From a virus: a stretch of 44,078 nt of DNA. The DNA is taken from positions 1 through 44,078 of IMG/VR virus record IMGVR_UViG_3300013027_000005. The stretch is one strand, 5' to 3'. The position numbers and the translations under genes were made by a program. Positions 24,066 through 33,277 of this stretch are shown piece after piece. The notes beneath the pieces were generated by a model. That model was given only the letters and a program-made list of their open reading frames with translations, ran no database searches and had not been told where the DNA came from. Numbering within the stretch: the first letter of the stretch is position 1; every line of letters starts with the position of its first letter.

Positions 24066-24499
24066 ACACCTACTGTCTTTACAGACTAACCCCCCCCCAT
24101 ATCATTTTTGTAAACCTTACTTCTTGGTATAAGAAGATACATTTTAGAAGAAAAGATAAGAAGAATACGATAGTTGGTGTGTGTTGTAGTATTTTTGATA
24201 AGAAAGACTCATAGGCTGAACCTCGGCGTAGCGAGCCTCGGTTCCAAACGTCGTCGGCGTTGGGAGCCTCCGAAGTTTGACGCCAATATAGATATTGCTA
24301 CGCTTCGACTCCGGCTAGCTGACGCGCCTACGTCTTCGCTTCGCGGACACAACATGAGGATGGGCTGGGCCTTGGGCCTCGAGCGCTACCCATCTTCTGT
24401 GTCACCTCCCCAGAGTGCCGCGCAACTGAGGCATGGTTGCCGAAGTAAGCGGGGGCATTCCCCTATTGTTGCATTGCACCTGAGTTAGGAATGTGAGGA

Positions 24500-24928
24500 A
24501 TGGCCGTAGATGAGCAAGACCGTTTAGAGCAACTTGAGGAGAAGCTAAACCAGTCGCTCAAAAACCAAGAACAAATACTGAATAAAGAAGTTGACATCTC
24601 TGTTAAGCCTCCTGACCTAGCTGAGCGTGTGTTGACTGGTCTTGAGAACGGGGCAGTCGGCATTGTTTTGTTGTGTGTTGCTATCGTGTTCTTTGGGCGC
24701 AAGGCCATTACAAACTATTTCGACAAAGCTATTGCGACGTTCGACTCCATTCAAAAAATAGCAGCCGACAACGAAAAGCGTTATAAGTTCTTCACTGACT
24801 TCATTGAAAGACAGGACGAGACGCTGACCGTTATGAGCCGCAAAATGAGTCGCCTTGAACGGCTATTTGACGACGAACACAACGACGACCCAAACCATCA
24901 CACCAGGGACAACCCACGAGATGGCTAA
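24500..24928 (+). CDS. Coiled-coil membrane protein (142 aa; one TM helix)
   Basis: The TM helix is GAVGIVLLCVAIVFFG, flanked by charged helical segments. It lies immediately upstream of the M15 peptidase. Confidence 0.55.
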   Translation: MAVDEQDRLEQLEEKLNQSLKNQEQILNKEVDISVKPPDLAERVLTGLENGAVGIVLLCVAIVFFGRKAITNYFDKAIATFDSIQKIAADNEKRYKFFTDFIERQDETLTVMSRKMSRLERLFDDEHNDDPNHHTRDNPRDG

Positions 24929-24958
24929 ACACAAACACGAACAGGAGACCGAAGGTAA

Positions 24959-25390
24959 ATGGCGAGAACGTTCAAACTATCTGGCTTCAAGAGCACGTTT
25001 GACCTTGACAAGCCCATCATCCCAAACGGAAGCTTCACCTGGGCCGAAGCCCTCCATGCCCAAAGTGATGACTTCCCTCGACTACCTAAGACAAAGCAAG
25101 AAGTCGAAAACATCATCGCCCTTGCGAAGCGGCTCCAGCCAATACGAGACAGACTGGGTAAACCGATACGCATCACTTCCTGGTACAGACCAGAGCCGTT
25201 CAACTCCAGGGCGGGTGGGGCGCGGTATTCTCAACATCTTACAGGCAAGGCAGTTGACCTCGCAGTTGAGGGATACACAGGAGCACAGCTCCGTAGGCTC
25301 ATTGCCCCCCATTGGAGAGGCGGTATTGGAACCTACCCCAATATTCCCAACATCATCCACCTCGACATTGGACCAGAGCGTAGTTGGTGA
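24959..25390 (+). CDS. Peptidase M15A-family cell-wall peptidase (endolysin-type)
   Basis: FTWAEAL...IRITSWYRPEPFNSRAGGARYSQHLTGKAVDL...IIHLDIG matches the SxHxxGxAxD ... H-x-D zinc-ligand pattern of Peptidase_M15_3-type enzymes. Confidence 0.75.
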   Translation: MARTFKLSGFKSTFDLDKPIIPNGSFTWAEALHAQSDDFPRLPKTKQEVENIIALAKRLQPIRDRLGKPIRITSWYRPEPFNSRAGGARYSQHLTGKAVDLAVEGYTGAQLRRLIAPHWRGGIGTYPNIPNIIHLDIGPERSW

Positions 25391-25420
25391 CACACTTGAT
25401 AAACCTACAAAAGGAACACT

Positions 25421-25642
25421 ATGAGCTTAGTTGAAAAGTCCCCAAAACCCACCAAAGCTGAAGAGACGACCAACCCCTCCAAGGTTGTGTCCCACATCTT
25501 CAATGAACGCGCTTACCGTGACGACAAAGTAGCCGAACTCAAGGCTGAAATGGTCCGTCATGCGTTAGCCAAAGACTCCAAAGACCCCAGCTACGAACCC
25601 GCAAACGAACACAGGTTCTTTGGACAGTACCCGACAGCGTGA
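25421..25642 (+). CDS. Hypothetical protein (73 aa)
   Basis: ORF with AAGGAA upstream. No motif recognised. Confidence 0.45.
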   Translation: MSLVEKSPKPTKAEETTNPSKVVSHIFNERAYRDDKVAELKAEMVRHALAKDSKDPSYEPANEHRFFGQYPTA

Positions 25643-25758
25643 GCTAGTCCGGAACCGTTCCTCCCCAACCGCTCCGGCAGACCTCCGCACACCATTTGTG
25701 TGTTGGATGTTTGTCGGGGTTTTTATTTGTACACAACGATGTGAGTGAAACGAACAAT

Positions 25759-26019
25759 ATGACCCAACGTGAAGACATTATCCACAACAACGAGGTTGCG
25801 GTAGACGAGGACGAAAACCCCAACTTCGCATTACTGGAACGCTTTCGGCAACGCGAGGAAGCCAACCCCCTGGCTCCCCGTAAGCTGGCAGCCGTCCGTG
25901 ATAAGTACAAAGCAACCACTCGTGAGCGCATGCGTGAAATGCGTCTTGCAGCCATCAACGAGCAAAAGCGCCGTGACGCCATTGCCGCTCGCAGAGCACA
26001 AACTGCTAAGGCGAGGTAA
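25759..26019 (+). CDS. Hypothetical charged helical protein (86 aa from Met 25759)
   Basis: The N-terminal 21 codons of track ORF 25696..26019 look non-native, so the internal ATG is preferred. Confidence 0.4.
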   Translation: MTQREDIIHNNEVAVDEDENPNFALLERFRQREEANPLAPRKLAAVRDKYKATTRERMREMRLAAINEQKRRDAIAARRAQTAKAR

Positions 26020-26022
26020 GTC

Positions 26023-26841
26023 ATGGTTAAGAGCCGAACCCCTACTGGCAGCGTGACAGGGGCTAGTCCTGAAGGCCAAAGCCTGATGCAAAAGCTGGAG
26101 TTTGAGCAACGCGTCAAACGGCTTGCGTACACAAAGTATGGTTGGCGGAATGGCGATGGGCCCGACGACGATAAGATACTGGCGCGGGCACGCGCAGAGC
26201 TAGCTCCCAAAGCCCAAGCCCCCCTCCCAGCGGCTGGCGCCCCCGGTGCCCAAGCCCCCACCACTCCCAAGTCAGCCATTGAACAGCTCCAAGCCCAGGT
26301 CCTTCAACCCCAGGCGTTCAACGAAGCTGCCTACCGTGCCCTCCACCCTGACGTTGACAAAAACATCAGAGCTGGGGGCTTTTTGTCTGGCAAGCAGCAC
26401 TACGACCGTGTTGGTAAAACCGAGGGACGAGCCCTTACACGCCAAGCCCAGGCCGCGCCCACGGGCATCGACCTGAACACCGCTTACGAAAAGCAACTGG
26501 GCCTCCTACAGCAGCAGATGGATAACTCGAAGAAGGCTCAGGAACAGATGCTCAAGGAGATGCAGGACCAAACCTCCATTGAGGAGAAGGCGCGTCTTGA
26601 CAACAAAGGACTCATTCAACAACAGATGCAGCGCCAAGCTGAGATGGAACGGGTTATGGGTATGGAACGCGAACGGGCGTCTATCGAAAGTCGTCGTGCG
26701 TTTGATGATGTGTTTAACGACACGTTTATGCGACTCCGTGCCCAAGGCCAACGCCGCAAAAGCGCAAGCATTATGGGACTCCATCGGGGGTCCGCACCAA
26801 CAGCCGAATACACGCGCAGAGGCGCATCACTACTAAGGTAA
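26023..26841 (+). CDS. Hypothetical coiled-coil protein (272 aa)
   Basis: The ORF has a Q/E-rich C-terminal half and the short motif YRALHPDVDKNIRAGGFLSGKQHYDRVGKTEGR. Confidence 0.55.
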   Translation: MVKSRTPTGSVTGASPEGQSLMQKLEFEQRVKRLAYTKYGWRNGDGPDDDKILARARAELAPKAQAPLPAAGAPGAQAPTTPKSAIEQLQAQVLQPQAFNEAAYRALHPDVDKNIRAGGFLSGKQHYDRVGKTEGRALTRQAQAAPTGIDLNTAYEKQLGLLQQQMDNSKKAQEQMLKEMQDQTSIEEKARLDNKGLIQQQMQRQAEMERVMGMERERASIESRRAFDDVFNDTFMRLRAQGQRRKSASIMGLHRGSAPTAEYTRRGASLLR

Positions 26842-26845
26842 ACCC

Positions 26846-27025
26846 ATGCACCCTATTTTTAAGACCGTTCTATTTTTGTGTAACTTTCTGCTTAACAGAC
26901 CTGAGCTTCTTTACGATGCGCTCAAGCACATTGTGAACCTGCTGAATGAAGCTGACAACGATATCACAGTCGAACTTGAAGAGGTTGACGAGTCTCCTGT
27001 TGTGTTCATTCCTGACGAGGTATAA
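26846..27025 (+). CDS. Small acidic protein (59 aa), just below the ORF-track size cutoff
   Basis: My translation is MHPIFKTVLFLCNFLLNRPELLYDALKHIVNLLNEADNDITVELEEVDESPVVFIPDEV. It fills the gap between flanking genes. The antisense track ORF 26870..27205 is implausible. Confidence 0.4.
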   Translation: MHPIFKTVLFLCNFLLNRPELLYDALKHIVNLLNEADNDITVELEEVDESPVVFIPDEV

Positions 27026-27027
27026 GC

Positions 27028-27618
27028 ATGGTTGCCAGCACAAAGCGACCCGGCAGCAAGTTGTTGTCGAAGAAGTATGTGCCTGGTAAAGATGGCTTCC
27101 TCCCCAGCTATGACGCAGCAATGGCTGTGTACGAGAAGTACGGGGCTGGTCCCGGTGGCAAACCAAGCAACGCTTCGCTCCTTCGAGCAGACAGCCAGCG
27201 CTCAAACGTCACCGCTCCGGCCCCTACGATGGCTCAGGTGAGGCCAAACCAGGACGAACGACTCAATACACCTCCGCCTCAAGTAACACCTCCCCAGGAG
27301 CCTCCCAAGGCTGTTGAGCGTGTCAACCAGGATGGCAAGCCAACCGTAGTTGAACCCACGAGTACACCAGCTCCCGATGACCGGACACCCAAAGAGGTGT
27401 TCGATATCATGGACAAGTTCAACAAACAGGAAGCCAAGATAGCGTTCCCCCAAGAAAAGAACGTGGGGCCGACAGCTACACCCAAAGGCGCAAAGCCCGT
27501 GGGCAAACAGTCCGTTAAAGCACTACAGGCATCTGGCTATCGTGTTGCCAAAGTCAACGGTAAAATGATGTATTGGAAAGCCGCAGGCATACTTAGTACA
27601 CCTCCTAAAAAGAAGTAA
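27028..27618 (+). CDS. Pro-rich, largely disordered protein upstream of the terminase (small terminase subunit by position only)
   Basis: The position immediately 5' of terL is the only argument for a TerS role. No DNA-binding motif recognised. Confidence 0.3.
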   Translation: MVASTKRPGSKLLSKKYVPGKDGFLPSYDAAMAVYEKYGAGPGGKPSNASLLRADSQRSNVTAPAPTMAQVRPNQDERLNTPPPQVTPPQEPPKAVERVNQDGKPTVVEPTSTPAPDDRTPKEVFDIMDKFNKQEAKIAFPQEKNVGPTATPKGAKPVGKQSVKALQASGYRVAKVNGKMMYWKAAGILSTPPKKK

Positions 27619-27623
27619 CGTAA

Positions 27624-29300
27624 ATGGCCCAGACACTCCTATCACTCAAGGTCGATGCGCTCCACGACTACTGGGCCTTTCTCGACCTCATCAAGTTCCG
27701 TGGTGGCACCAAAGCCTTCAGCGCTATCCACAAAGAACTGTCCGAGTTCCTAACTATTCCCCAGCGCCTAGAAAGCTTCACAGGCGAGAACGACCCCCGA
27801 CGCCGACTCATCCTAATGCCGCGTGGACACCTCAAGTCTACGTTGTGTTCAGTTGGCTATGTGTTGTGGCGTATCTACCGAAACCCCAATATACGTGTCG
27901 TTGTTGGTACTGCTGATAAAAAACTCAGTTTAGCCTTCGTAGGTGAACTCAAGCAGTATTTGGAGGACGAGGAACTCCAGGAACGCGTCTGGAACAACCG
28001 ACCACACCTCAAGGGACGGCTCATCCCCCTTATGGACACAGCAGCTAAGAAGCGTCGTGACCGAAAACTGGAGATGGAGGAGTTCACCGAAGCCCAGGAC
28101 AAGAAGATAGTCTGGCGTGGAGATGCCATTCAGGTCCTGCGTCCCGACATTATGAAAGAGCCGACAGTCCTAGCCGCTTCAGTTGGTACTGTCATCACGG
28201 GCTTGCACTTTGATATTGGTATTTTGGACGACATTGTAACCTTCAAGAACACAACAACACCAGTCTTGATGGAGAAAACCCTGACCTGGGTACGTGACCT
28301 TGACTCCATTATCGACCCAGCCAAGGAGGTAACTATCGGCACAGGCAAAAATGCGGTGACTGAGTGGGTTGGCGACGAAGCTGTTGTGTTGGGAACTCGT
28401 TACGCCAAGGGTGACTACTACGGTTACCTGCTACACGAGGTTGATGCCACTGAAGAGTTTGGCGACGACACTGACCAGTACATGCTGTTTAGCCGCAATA
28501 TCTATGTCAACGGCACCGATGACAGCGATGGATACATCTGGCCAGAACGCTTCAACGCCAATGTCATTGCCAAGATAAAAGCACGTCTACGTAGTCCCAA
28601 AAAGTTTGCCTCCCAATACCTAAACCGCATCCTGGCTGACGAGGACACCGTTCTACGAAAGGAACACATCCAGTACATTCACTCAACAGCCATTGAAATA
28701 CAGACAAACATAACGCTTATCAGGTTTAAGGACCTGGTAACTCCCGTTGTTGTGCGTCCAGTCTTGGTCGTTGACCCAGCCATCAGCCAAGCCAAGAAGG
28801 CTGACAACACCTGTTTGATGGTAGGGGGCTTGGACCACGAGCGAAACCTCTACATTCTGGACTGTAAGGTGGGTAAGTTCACACCAAACCAAACCGTACA
28901 ACACATTCTGGACCTGACCGAGAAGTGGAAGCTGCATAGTGTAACCATTGAAAACGTGGGCTTTCAGGCATCTCTCAACTATTCGCTTCGGGATGCCATG
29001 CGTGCTAAAAACAGGACCATTGTTATCCGAGAATGGCGACCGCAGCACATGGGTAAGAAGGTTGAACGTATCACAGCCGCCCTTGAACCCATATTTACCA
29101 ACCACAAAATACACATGATGACCTGGCTGGCTCAGGTTCCCCAGCTTATGGAGGAGATAGAGTTCTTTGGTGCATCGGGCATTAAGGATGACACCCTGGA
29201 CGCCATGAGTATTGTAGTTGAAACCGCAGTAGCGACCCCTGAACGCAAGCCACGCGTTGTTGCGAAGGTCTGGAACTCGAAATACGGAGGTAGAAGGTGA
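27624..29300 (+). CDS. terL: Terminase large subunit
   Basis: The Walker A-like motif is LMPRGHLKST and Walker B is IGILDDIV. The C-terminal RNaseH-like nuclease begins LVVDPAISQ. Size and the position before the portal gene fit. Confidence 0.8.
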   Translation: MAQTLLSLKVDALHDYWAFLDLIKFRGGTKAFSAIHKELSEFLTIPQRLESFTGENDPRRRLILMPRGHLKSTLCSVGYVLWRIYRNPNIRVVVGTADKKLSLAFVGELKQYLEDEELQERVWNNRPHLKGRLIPLMDTAAKKRRDRKLEMEEFTEAQDKKIVWRGDAIQVLRPDIMKEPTVLAASVGTVITGLHFDIGILDDIVTFKNTTTPVLMEKTLTWVRDLDSIIDPAKEVTIGTGKNAVTEWVGDEAVVLGTRYAKGDYYGYLLHEVDATEEFGDDTDQYMLFSRNIYVNGTDDSDGYIWPERFNANVIAKIKARLRSPKKFASQYLNRILADEDTVLRKEHIQYIHSTAIEIQTNITLIRFKDLVTPVVVRPVLVVDPAISQAKKADNTCLMVGGLDHERNLYILDCKVGKFTPNQTVQHILDLTEKWKLHSVTIENVGFQASLNYSLRDAMRAKNRTIVIREWRPQHMGKKVERITAALEPIFTNHKIHMMTWLAQVPQLMEEIEFFGASGIKDDTLDAMSIVVETAVATPERKPRVVAKVWNSKYGGRR

Positions 29301-31372
29301 ACGAAGTGAACCATTCGGTGAACGACAACGAGTTTATGGTTATTCAGACGGGTAACCCCCGTCCATTAAGTCAACAGTACAGTGACATTTCAGCGTTTGT
29401 CCGTGACCAACTCGACTACTTTGCCCAGGCGCGGCAGTCAAAGGAGGAGACTTGGCTGGAGTGCTGGGCAGCGTACATGCCAACGCCTGAAGCTGAGGAG
29501 CACATGCGTAAGCGTGTCCTTAAGTCCGTTGGTGACACCCACATGAACTGGCGACACAAGATAAACGTGGGCAAAGCGTTCGAAAACGTGGAAACCATTA
29601 ACGGTTATCTTCAGTCAGCATTCTTTCCGAACCGTGACTGGATGGACGTTCAGCCCAGAATGCCTGGGTATGTGGACACAGCAGAACTGGTCAAGAAGTA
29701 CATGCTCAACAAGCTTGACAGCCTCAAGTTCAAGACTTATTGGGACATGTTCACACGACAACTACTCATCACAGGCTGGTCAGTCATGGCCTTGCCCTGG
29801 CGTCATGAGACACGGAAATGGAAAAAGCGCATCAAGAAGACCTTGCCCAAGGTTGGTGCCATTACTGAAGAGGAGGCTTACCAGTTTGAGGTCATTGAGG
29901 AGGAAAAGGTCGTCCACAGCGCACCCGACTTTGAGGTGCTTGACGTGTTCGACTGCTACCTGGACCCCGATGCCCTGGACGCTAACAGCAGCGCCTTCAT
30001 CCGGAAGATAGCACGCACCAAAGCTGAGGTGTTAACGGACCTGCGGACAGGCTACTACCAGAAGGGGAACATCAACGAGCTTGAAGTCATCAAGCACGGT
30101 GCCCTGGACGCCAACCACTCCAACGACGCAAGCCGTCACAAGAACACACTCAAGTCCTTCCAGGGTGTTCAAGTCGCTCCGTATCGGATGAACGACCGTA
30201 TTGAACTGGTGGAGTACTGGGGTGATGTTGTTATTGACGGTTACACCTACAAAGACGTGGTGGTAACCATTCTGGGCGACCGAGTTTTGCGCTTTGTCAC
30301 CAACCCCTATTGGTGTGGCAAGCCATTTGTCGTCGGTACTTACATCCCCATTGTGCGCTCCCCCTATGCCCTTGGAGCTATTGAGCCCAGCTTGGGTATG
30401 TTGCACGAACTCAACCTTATCACGAACCAGCGTCTGGACAACCTGGAAATATCAGCCGACTCAATGTATACGCTGCGAGCGGACGGTACTCTTCAGCCAG
30501 AAGATGTGTGGACTGAACCCGGTAAAGTGTTCCCCGTATCGGAACACGACGACTTACGGCCTGTTGACCACAGCCAACCGTTCACCATCACCTATGAAGA
30601 AGCAACCGTTCTTGAACAACGTATTGATAAAAACACTGGTACTGGCGCTTTTATCGGTGCTGGTCCTGGACGTAGCGGGGACCGTGTTACGAAAGCTGAA
30701 GTACAAGCAGTGCGGGACGCCGGAGGGAACAGACTTTCAAGTTTGCACAAGCACATTGAGCAAACAAGCCTCCTTCTGGTCCTAGAGAAGGTACTGCGCC
30801 TTGCCCAGGAGTACACAACAGAGGATGAGGTCATAAGAACGGTTGGCAAGGAGCCAGGCACCTTTGAATATTACGAGGTGGGGCCTGAGGAGCTGAACAT
30901 GGACTTCTTTATGAGTCCTGTTGGTGCCGACCACGTAGCCGACCGTGACGATGCCTTGAATAAGCGGATGAGTTTTCTTGAACTTATCGCAAAGTTTCCA
31001 GAGCAGTTCAGCCCTCACATCGACTTTTACCAACTATTGTTGCAGATAGTCCGATATTACGGCTTCGACGACTACGAGAGCTTTGTTCAAAAAGACATAA
31101 ACAAACCCCAACCTGACCCCGCTGCAATGCCTCCTGAAGGTTTACCACCCGAAGGAATGCCCAACAGCAGCGGAGCTGCGCTCCTACCTGAGCCCGACCC
31201 ACTTGAGCAAGCCGCGCTTGAAATGGGTGGTGAAGCCGGAGCAGCAGAGCTTCAAGCACAGATGGCAGCAGACGGTGGCATGGATATGATGAAGCGCCTA
31301 TTTGGTGACATGGACCCGCGCATGGCCGCAGCCGCACCTCCCAGTCCTGAAGATGTACTAGCAGAACAATAA
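29297..31372 (+). CDS. Portal protein
   Basis: A 691-aa ORF that is GTGA-coupled to terL and followed by scaffold and capsid genes. The C-terminus is acidic and Pro-rich. Confidence 0.7.
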   Translation: MNEVNHSVNDNEFMVIQTGNPRPLSQQYSDISAFVRDQLDYFAQARQSKEETWLECWAAYMPTPEAEEHMRKRVLKSVGDTHMNWRHKINVGKAFENVETINGYLQSAFFPNRDWMDVQPRMPGYVDTAELVKKYMLNKLDSLKFKTYWDMFTRQLLITGWSVMALPWRHETRKWKKRIKKTLPKVGAITEEEAYQFEVIEEEKVVHSAPDFEVLDVFDCYLDPDALDANSSAFIRKIARTKAEVLTDLRTGYYQKGNINELEVIKHGALDANHSNDASRHKNTLKSFQGVQVAPYRMNDRIELVEYWGDVVIDGYTYKDVVVTILGDRVLRFVTNPYWCGKPFVVGTYIPIVRSPYALGAIEPSLGMLHELNLITNQRLDNLEISADSMYTLRADGTLQPEDVWTEPGKVFPVSEHDDLRPVDHSQPFTITYEEATVLEQRIDKNTGTGAFIGAGPGRSGDRVTKAEVQAVRDAGGNRLSSLHKHIEQTSLLLVLEKVLRLAQEYTTEDEVIRTVGKEPGTFEYYEVGPEELNMDFFMSPVGADHVADRDDALNKRMSFLELIAKFPEQFSPHIDFYQLLLQIVRYYGFDDYESFVQKDINKPQPDPAAMPPEGLPPEGMPNSSGAALLPEPDPLEQAALEMGGEAGAAELQAQMAADGGMDMMKRLFGDMDPRMAAAAPPSPEDVLAEQ

Positions 31373-31375
31373 CGC

Positions 31376-32146
31376 ATGACTACCGAACAAGTATTAACCC
31401 CTGGCGTTCAGACTAAAGGCAACGTTTACGACGCATCTAGCGCGCAGATAGTACACGACACTCCTGCTGTGTCTCAACCAAGTGAGACGGCTCAAGCACT
31501 TGAGGCTCTCAAGGCCCAGATGCAAGCAGCTCCGGCTCCGGAACCAGCACAGGCTTCACAGCCAACTGTCGTGGAACCCACGGCTCCAGGAGCTAGTCCT
31601 ACGGACAGCGCAGCCCCAACCGCTCCCGAAGCACAAGCGGAACAGCCCACAGTACCAACCCTGCCTCCACTGCCGGAGGCTTTGGCCCCATACCAGGAAC
31701 AACTTAACGAGTATTTCCAGGCAATGGTTGGTCAGTACATGGGAGTCACCCCAGAACAGCTTCAGTTAGGTGTTCAATACATCCAACAACAGGAAGTCGC
31801 TACACAACTAAGTCAGCTTCAGAGCACTTGGGGTGTAGATGAGTCCGAGATGGACAGGCGGCTGTCGGCTGTTCGTGAGCGTTTTAACCAGCTGTCTCCT
31901 CAGGAGCAGGCTGGTCTTGACAGTGTTACGGGTGCTCAACTGCTTTGGGCAAAGCTTGAGCAGGAGGGGTATGGCGGACGTACCCAACCCCAGGTCCCCC
32001 GTTTCGACCGTAGCCGTGGCGCAGCGAGCGTGTCCGGCCAAGCCCCGATGTTTAGTCGCGCACAGATAGCGGCTATGTCTCCTGCTGAAAAGGCTACTTA
32101 CCACGACCAGATACAGTATGCCTACCTGAACGGTCTAGTGACATAG
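31376..32146 (+). CDS. Scaffolding protein
   Basis: It lies between the portal and major capsid genes. It is rich in A/P/Q/E and of low complexity (256 aa). Confidence 0.6.
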   Translation: MTTEQVLTPGVQTKGNVYDASSAQIVHDTPAVSQPSETAQALEALKAQMQAAPAPEPAQASQPTVVEPTAPGASPTDSAAPTAPEAQAEQPTVPTLPPLPEALAPYQEQLNEYFQAMVGQYMGVTPEQLQLGVQYIQQQEVATQLSQLQSTWGVDESEMDRRLSAVRERFNQLSPQEQAGLDSVTGAQLLWAKLEQEGYGGRTQPQVPRFDRSRGAASVSGQAPMFSRAQIAAMSPAEKATYHDQIQYAYLNGLVT

Positions 32147-32184
32147 ACCCACCTAAAACCAACACAAACACAAAGGTATAACAC

Positions 32185-33195
32185 ATGGCTCTCCCCGCTG
32201 GTGGTGGCGTCTACACTGGTAGCGCTATTACTAAAACCAATGCTAACGTATTCATTGCCGACCTCTGGTCAGATGAGATAAAAATAGCTCGTGACTCCAA
32301 GATGGTCATGAGCAACACCATGAAGCGCATCAACTTCGTTGGTCGCAAAGGTGACGTTTTGCACATCCCGAACGTTGGTCGTTTGGCTGTGTACGACAAA
32401 CTGCCTGAAACCCCGGTTACGTTGCAGGCACGTACTGAGACTGAGTACACCATCACCATTGACAAGTACAAAGAAGCTTCGTTCATGGTTGAGGACATCG
32501 TTAAGCTGCAAGCGGCTTACGACAGCATGTCCATCTACACCAAGCAAGCTGGTTACGCCCTGGCGCGTGACATGGACAACTTCTGTCTTGGTCTTCGTGC
32601 AGCCATCTACAACATCGCAAGTCAGCGTGTTAACGTGACCTCCGGTGGTAACGGTGCTCCTATCGACCTCGCTGCCATCCTAGCTGCCAAACAGCTACTT
32701 GATGATGCTGACGCTCCTGAAGAGGGCCGTAAGCTCATCGTGTCACCTGCACAGTACAACGACCTGTTGACCATTCCTGAGTTCACCTCCAAAGACTTCC
32801 AGGCTGCTATGCCTGTTGCGTCTGGTGTTGTCGGTTCTCTGTACGGTATTGAAGTTTGGAAGTCCACTCAGGTGACCGCCAACTCTGCTACTGGCTACGT
32901 CAACGGTGACGGCGCTGAGGGACAACCGACTCCTGGTGTGACTGGCTCCCCGTACCTGCCGACTCAGGATGGTACCATCACCACCTTCCTGCCTACTGCA
33001 CTCGGTACCTCAACGACCGTCTACTCTGCCATTATGTGTCACTCTGACTGGGCTGCTCTTGCCGTTCAGTTAAACCCTGATGTAGAGAAAGAGCGTTCTG
33101 CCACCTACAAGTCTGACATTTGTGTCAACACCCAGTTGTACGGTGCCAAAGTCTACCGTCCTGACCACGCAGTTATCATCACCTCCGCTGCTTGA
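32185..33195 (+). CDS. Major capsid protein
   Basis: A 336-aa ORF after the scaffold gene, followed by a strong terminator. Codon usage looks like that of a highly expressed gene. Confidence 0.7.
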   Translation: MALPAGGGVYTGSAITKTNANVFIADLWSDEIKIARDSKMVMSNTMKRINFVGRKGDVLHIPNVGRLAVYDKLPETPVTLQARTETEYTITIDKYKEASFMVEDIVKLQAAYDSMSIYTKQAGYALARDMDNFCLGLRAAIYNIASQRVNVTSGGNGAPIDLAAILAAKQLLDDADAPEEGRKLIVSPAQYNDLLTIPEFTSKDFQAAMPVASGVVGSLYGIEVWKSTQVTANSATGYVNGDGAEGQPTPGVTGSPYLPTQDGTITTFLPTALGTSTTVYSAIMCHSDWAALAVQLNPDVEKERSATYKSDICVNTQLYGAKVYRPDHAVIITSAA

Positions 33196-33238
33196 GGCTA
33201 GTCCTCCGGACAGCGGTAACTAGGTTTACACACCTTAT

Positions 33239-33271
33239 GCCTCCTCTCAGTTAATGGGAGGGGGCTTTTTT
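33239..33271 (+). terminator. Rho-independent terminator after the major capsid gene
   Basis: The stem is gcctcctctc / gggagggggc (two G.U pairs) with the loop agttaat, followed by tttttt. Confidence 0.75.
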
Positions 33272-33277
33272 ATTGTT

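Larger units (their letters stand above)
23264..24499. promoter_or_regulatory. 1.2-kb ORF-poor divergent control region (likely early and late promoters, possible ori and physical genome ends)
   Basis: It lies between the first minus-strand and first plus-strand genes. Only low-complexity ORFs are listed there. It contains G-runs, an AT-rich block with purine repeats, a C9 run and GC-rich hairpin-prone sequence. Confidence 0.6.

Noticed and set aside
23264-24499. tRNA or other canonical RNA genes in the noncoding region
   Set aside because: I scanned by eye for T-arm (GGTTCGAATCC-like) and acceptor/D-arm patterns on both strands and found none. A tRNAscan/Infernal run would be the decisive test.
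24855-25424. 189-aa plus-strand ORF overlapping the M15 peptidase out of frame
   Set aside because: The M15 frame carries the complete zinc-peptidase signature. The alternative frame is Thr/Ser/Pro-rich with no motif.
25644-26279. 211-aa minus-strand ORF
   Set aside because: It is antisense to two well-formed plus-strand genes. It is Arg/Ser/Ala/Leu-rich and of low complexity, which is typical of a shadow ORF. It also runs against the transcription direction of the late block.
26869-26883. 15-mer TCTATTTTTGTGTAA shared with 38266..38280, considered as a late promoter
   Set aside because: About one exact 15-mer repeat is expected by chance in a 44-kb sequence. The first copy lies inside a probable coding ORF, and no acceptable -35 accompanies either copy. 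It is kept only as a weak note.
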